Source: Actinomycetota bacterium
GTDB taxonomy: Bacteria; Actinomycetota; Actinomycetes; Mycobacteriales; SCTD01
Assembly: GCA_019348355.1 (NCBI GenBank)
Contig: JAHWJP010000002.1
Coordinates: 758 to 64,757, forward strand
Length of the DNA stretch: 64,000 nucleotides
Direction: 5' to 3'
How positions within the stretch are numbered: the first letter of the stretch is position 1; each line of letters starts with the position of its first letter. The translations under genes and the position numbers were made by a program. Positions 60,133-64,000 of this stretch are shown here, piece after piece. The notes beneath the pieces were generated by a model. That model was not told the origin of the DNA. It did no database searches and saw only the letters and a list, made by a program, of their open reading frames with translations.

Positions 60133-61623
60133 ATGTCGTCGGCCAGCTGGGGAGCGCGCCCCGAGCGCCCTGCACGCGCAGGTGACGCCCAAGCTCCGGT
60201 GGAGCCACAAGCCTCCGATGCCACCAACGCATCTGCTCCCGCTGCCGAGGGCGACAGCCGTTCGCAGGCCTTACCGAACGGCCGTTGGCTTCCTTCCGAC
60301 TGGGACGGCCTGCTGTGCCAGCCGCCCGGTCTGCTCCTACCTGGCCCCTACGTCGTTCAGCCCCCACCCACCGGGGAGCTCGAGAGCCCGGAGATGTGGG
60401 CCACCAGCCCCACCGGTAGCGGATGGCCCGAACAGCTCCCGTCCGGGAGCGTGCCCCTAACTGGACCGCCCGCCAGCGGGGTCCCCGCTGCCCCGGCAGA
60501 GCTAGCCCAGCCAGCGCCGCAGCGGGAGTCGCAGGGAAGCGTGCACTGGCTGGCCACCGACCTGCCGGCCGCACGGCACACACCCGTCCTGATAGAGGTG
60601 CCGGGTTGGCCGGGGCCGCTCGTCCGTCCGGCCGAATCGTCATCAGCTGCGGCCCCACGCGTGACGAGTGTGCGTGTGCCTCCGGCTGTGCGGTCCTCAC
60701 CTGCCGGTCAGGTGGCGGAGCCGACTCACGTCGCTGCCCCCCTTGCCTCGGCCGAGCCGACTGCCTCCCTCACCGGCGTGGAGCAGTCGCAGGGGCAGGC
60801 CGGCGCGGAGCCGCCGCTGACGGCTCGCGGTGTCTCGACGTGGTCGCTGCGACGGCTCGCGACCGTGAGCACCGCGCTGATGCTGCTGACGATGCTGTGT
60901 GCCTATCTGGCGAGCGCTAGCCAGCCCACGGTCTACGGAGCCCAAGCCGACGTGCTGTTCGAGGTAACGGGTACGGCGCAGGAGTTCGAGCGACAGCTCG
61001 CCACGCAAGAGGTGCTCCTGGGTAGCAGGGGGGTGCTTGCCCCGGTGGCAGAGCGGCTCGACGTCTCGCTCCGCGAGCTGACCGGATCGCAGGAGGTCGA
61101 GCAGATCGCGGGCAGTCAGGTGCTACGAGCTCAGGTGCGCAACAAGGATCCCGAACTCGCCGTGCGACTGGCTCAGGCGATCGCCGACAGCTATGTGTCC
61201 TCTGTGACCAGCGGCGTGAGCGCGACCGGGGCCGACGAGGAACGCCGGATTTTGGGCGAGATCACCGAGCTCTCTGTCACCGCGGCGGCCGGACGATCGC
61301 GACTCGAGCAGATCGCTGCCGCACGGGCGGCGGCGCCCCCGGGCGGGGCCCTGGTTGCGACGCAGGAAGAGCGTGAGCTGCAGCTTCAGGATGTCGGCCT
61401 TTCGCAGCGCATCAGCGCCCTGCAGTCGCGGCTCAGCGATATCCTCGTGGAGCGCGAGAACGCGACTCGGGCCCGGGTGCTCACCCCGGCGTATCTGCTT
61501 GACGAGCCCGTGGGCCCCAAGCCGTTGCGGTCGGCCGCCGCCGGCGCCATGGTCGGCCTGCTGCTGGTCGTCGGGATGCTGGCCTTCGGCCTGCGGGGGC
61601 GATCCATCTTCGCGTGGCCGTGA
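60133..61623 (+). CDS. Polysaccharide chain-length determinant (Wzz/Wzc-N-like) with long Pro-rich N-terminal extension
   Basis: TM, P.Y.AQA, coiled coil, PA.L...PVGPKP, C-terminal TM. Start uncertain. Confidence 0.7.
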   Translation: MSSASWGARPERPARAGDAQAPVEPQASDATNASAPAAEGDSRSQALPNGRWLPSDWDGLLCQPPGLLLPGPYVVQPPPTGELESPEMWATSPTGSGWPEQLPSGSVPLTGPPASGVPAAPAELAQPAPQRESQGSVHWLATDLPAARHTPVLIEVPGWPGPLVRPAESSSAAAPRVTSVRVPPAVRSSPAGQVAEPTHVAAPLASAEPTASLTGVEQSQGQAGAEPPLTARGVSTWSLRRLATVSTALMLLTMLCAYLASASQPTVYGAQADVLFEVTGTAQEFERQLATQEVLLGSRGVLAPVAERLDVSLRELTGSQEVEQIAGSQVLRAQVRNKDPELAVRLAQAIADSYVSSVTSGVSATGADEERRILGEITELSVTAAAGRSRLEQIAAARAAAPPGGALVATQEERELQLQDVGLSQRISALQSRLSDILVERENATRARVLTPAYLLDEPVGPKPLRSAAAGAMVGLLLVVGMLAFGLRGRSIFAWP

Positions 61624-63146
61624 TCGCGCCACCCGTCGCCGATGCCGCGCCGGAAACCCACCGACTGAGCGCCGTCACTGCGGGTGGGGGAGCGTCCGCC
61701 GCATCCCGGCCCGCTGACGGGTCTCGCCCCTCGTGGTGGTGGGGGTTACCGGTCCTCGTCGCGCTCGGACTGTCTGCCGGGATGGCGCCGGTGCACACGG
61801 TGGTTGCGGTGGCAGCGCTCGGGCTGCTCGTGACAGTCGTCGTGCGGCCGGCAGCCGCGGCCTGGCTGTGGATGCTCGTCACCCCGCTCATCGTCGGCGT
61901 CGAGCGCGGACGTCTGTTGCCCGGCGTGCGGCTGAACGAGGCGCTGCTGGTTCTTCTCTTCTTGACGGTCGTCATGCGGTGGGTCGTCCTGGCCCTGTCC
62001 GGGCGGATGCGGCGTCCGACCCTCGGTCGAATCGACCTGGCCTTTCTCGTGCTGATGCTCACCGGCGCCGTCCTGCCGTTGCTCTGGATGTTGGCCCGGG
62101 GGCGGGGCATGTCCGGTCAGGACGTGCAGGCCGCCGCCGTGATCGCGAAGTACTACATGCTGTTCGTGCTGTTCCGGCTGTCCGTGCGCGCCGAGGCCGA
62201 TGCGCGTCGCTGCCTGCTGGCGTCGCTGGCCGCAGGGGTGGTCGTGGCCGTGCTTGCGGTGCTGCAGTCCCTGGGCCTGTTCGGCGTCCCGGACCTGGTC
62301 GCGACCTACTGGGCGTCGGGGGGCGCCGCCGGGCGCGGCTCCTCGACCGTCGGCAATGCGCATGGCGCGGCGGACCTGCTGGTGTTCAACCTCGCCATCG
62401 CTCTGGCGCTCGGGCTGCACCGGACGGCGCGCGGCGCCTCGGCATGGCCGCTCGCGCTCGCCGGCGTCTTCCTGCTCGGCGCGCTCGGCTCGGGTCAGGC
62501 CTCGGCCGTTTTCGCTGTCCTGGTCACTCTCGTCGCGGTCGGGTGGCTGCTCGGACAGCTTCCGCGCATCGGTGTAGGCGCCCTGCTCGGCGTGCCTATG
62601 GTCCTGTTCGTCCTGGCTCCGGTCATCGACGCCCGGCTGCGAGGCGTGGACCCGTCGAGCGGCCTTCCGTCCAGCTGGCTCGCACGCTGGGAGAACCTGT
62701 CCACGTACTTCTGGCCGCAGCTGTTCGATGGGTACGGCTGGTTGCTGGGCGTCCAGGTCGTGCCGGAGGCGGCGGGAAAGGAGTCCTGGCAGCCCACGGT
62801 TTACATCGAGAACGGCCACACCTGGCTGCTCTGGATCGGCGGCGTGCCCTACCTGCTGGCGTTCCTGTTCTTTGTCCTCGTCGCCCTGCGGATCGGCCGC
62901 ACCGCGGCCCGCCACGCAGAGGGCGCCTTCGCCGTCGCGGGCGTCGCCGCCTTCTCCGCCTACGGCACGGTGTTCGTGCTCACCGCCCTGGACCCGCACC
63001 TGTTCCTCCGGGGCTCCGCAGATCTCGCGGTACCGCTGCTGGCACTGGCGTCCGTCGGCCTTGACCAGCGGCGTCGCGCCAGGCGGTTCGACTTCACGCG
63101 CGAGCGGCACCTCCCAGACCGGGAGCGAGAGCGTGAACCGTCTTGA
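61620..63146 (+). CDS. O-antigen polymerase/ligase-like membrane protein
   Basis: About 12 TM segments, RGSSTVGN, late periplasmic loop, ENGH.WLL...G; polysaccharide locus context. Confidence 0.75.
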   Translation: MIAPPVADAAPETHRLSAVTAGGGASAASRPADGSRPSWWWGLPVLVALGLSAGMAPVHTVVAVAALGLLVTVVVRPAAAAWLWMLVTPLIVGVERGRLLPGVRLNEALLVLLFLTVVMRWVVLALSGRMRRPTLGRIDLAFLVLMLTGAVLPLLWMLARGRGMSGQDVQAAAVIAKYYMLFVLFRLSVRAEADARRCLLASLAAGVVVAVLAVLQSLGLFGVPDLVATYWASGGAAGRGSSTVGNAHGAADLLVFNLAIALALGLHRTARGASAWPLALAGVFLLGALGSGQASAVFAVLVTLVAVGWLLGQLPRIGVGALLGVPMVLFVLAPVIDARLRGVDPSSGLPSSWLARWENLSTYFWPQLFDGYGWLLGVQVVPEAAGKESWQPTVYIENGHTWLLWIGGVPYLLAFLFFVLVALRIGRTAARHAEGAFAVAGVAAFSAYGTVFVLTALDPHLFLRGSADLAVPLLALASVGLDQRRRARRFDFTRERHLPDREREREPS

Positions 63147-63647
63147 GCGCCTTGTCGACACCGAGGCCCCTTCACGGGATGCGCCTGTGGCTGCTCAATG
63201 AGCGGCTGCAGGGCGCCTGGACGTTGCGCATCCTGCGGGGCTGGTGAAGCTCGGTGATCTCGCCGTGGACGTGGGTGTCAACTGCGGGGTGTACACGCCG
63301 GTTCTCGCCCTGCGCGTCGGCCCCCTCAGGGGCGGTGCACGCGGTCGACGCCTTCCCGTTACCGTCCGGAGTCCGGAGCGCTTGCAACCGGTGGAGCGCG
63401 CCTTTCCGGTGCTGGGGGATCTCGACATCGAATGCGACCGGCTGCGGCGTGCGTCAGACGGCTTCGTGCCTACGAGACACCGGCGAACTACATCGCTGAC
63501 TTCCTGTACACGAGCCCGGACCTCGACGTTCGAGTCTGCTGCCTGCCGCGGCCGGTATTCGTTTACAGCGCGGGCGGTCTCGCCCACGCCGCGCCGCTGG
63601 GTACCGTCAGGGCCGTGAGGATCGTGGGGGTCAGGGCCGGGCGATGA
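63133..63647 (+). pseudogene. Degraded FkbM family methyltransferase
   Basis: LVKLGDLAVDVGVNCGVYT in one frame and PSGAVHAVDAFP in another, with stops between; too short for an intact gene. Confidence 0.6.
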
Positions 63648-64000
63648 GCGACGCCAAAAGCCTGATCATGGTGCCGGCCTGGGCGGGCCAGGCCACCGTA
63701 GAGGAGTTGGCCCAAGAGGCCCACCGAGGCCAGCGTCCGCGCACCGACTACGTGGAGCTGGCCAAGGAACTCGACGCGGACGTCCTCGACATGGACTACA
63801 TGCAAAATCGGTCTGCACCGGTTGCACGGGCGCTGGCCAAGCGGGCCATGGTGCCGGCGCAGGTGCTCGAGGTCTTCCTGCGCCGTGGCGGCCCTCGACA
63901 CGTCGTCGCTCGGGCCGACCGCATGGGGCTGCCCCTCGCGCTGCTGAACAAGATCACCGCCGGCCGACGCGACGTCGTGCTGGTGTCCGTGTGGCTCTCG
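63644..64000 (+). CDS. Probable glycosyltransferase (GT4) N-terminus, cut by the window edge
   Basis: Open frame from ATG 63644: GQRPRTDYVELAKELDA...DRMGLPLALL; context supports the call. Confidence 0.65.
   Translation, partial: MSDAKSLIMVPAWAGQATVEELAQEAHRGQRPRTDYVELAKELDADVLDMDYMQNRSAPVARALAKRAMVPAQVLEVFLRRGGPRHVVARADRMGLPLALLNKITAGRRDVVLVSVWLS

Overview
High-GC actinobacterial chromosomal DNA (inferred from mshC, WhiB, WXG100, PAC2, NnaR and F420-LLM genes). It is mostly housekeeping with small accessory and decayed patches. In order: an integrase remnant and an orphan SMI1/KNR4 gene; a full assimilatory nitrate cluster (narK, nnaR, nasA, nasB-like, nirBD, moaA) with candidate GlnR and NnaR boxes; miscellaneous enzymes; a diguanylate cyclase; a pseudogene patch; hemH and serB; a frameshifted RIO1 kinase; BlaI/M56 divergent from whiB; moxR-DUF58-VWA; Rrf2 plus a sulfonate-type ABC transporter; tRNA-Leu(GAG); the conserved uppP-phosphomutase-DUF3090-SCO1664-mshC-PAC2-metH region; and the start of a surface polysaccharide locus. 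No CRISPR, intact transposon or prophage was seen. The most interesting leads are: (1) a dispersed family of 60-70 bp GATC-terminated hairpins, one copy inserted in frame in a divergent UppP paralog; (2) a leaderless 24-aa ORF ending in Cys, behind an Rrf2 palindrome and ahead of the sulfur ABC operon; (3) an orphan WXG100 gene whose promoter carries a perfect DnaA box and overlaps the mshC 3' end; (4) a motif-dead PEP-synthase-like ATP-grasp protein coupled to a small Cys/His protein. All family calls come from recognising motifs by eye, not from database searches. Many start codons were re-chosen from the ORF track.
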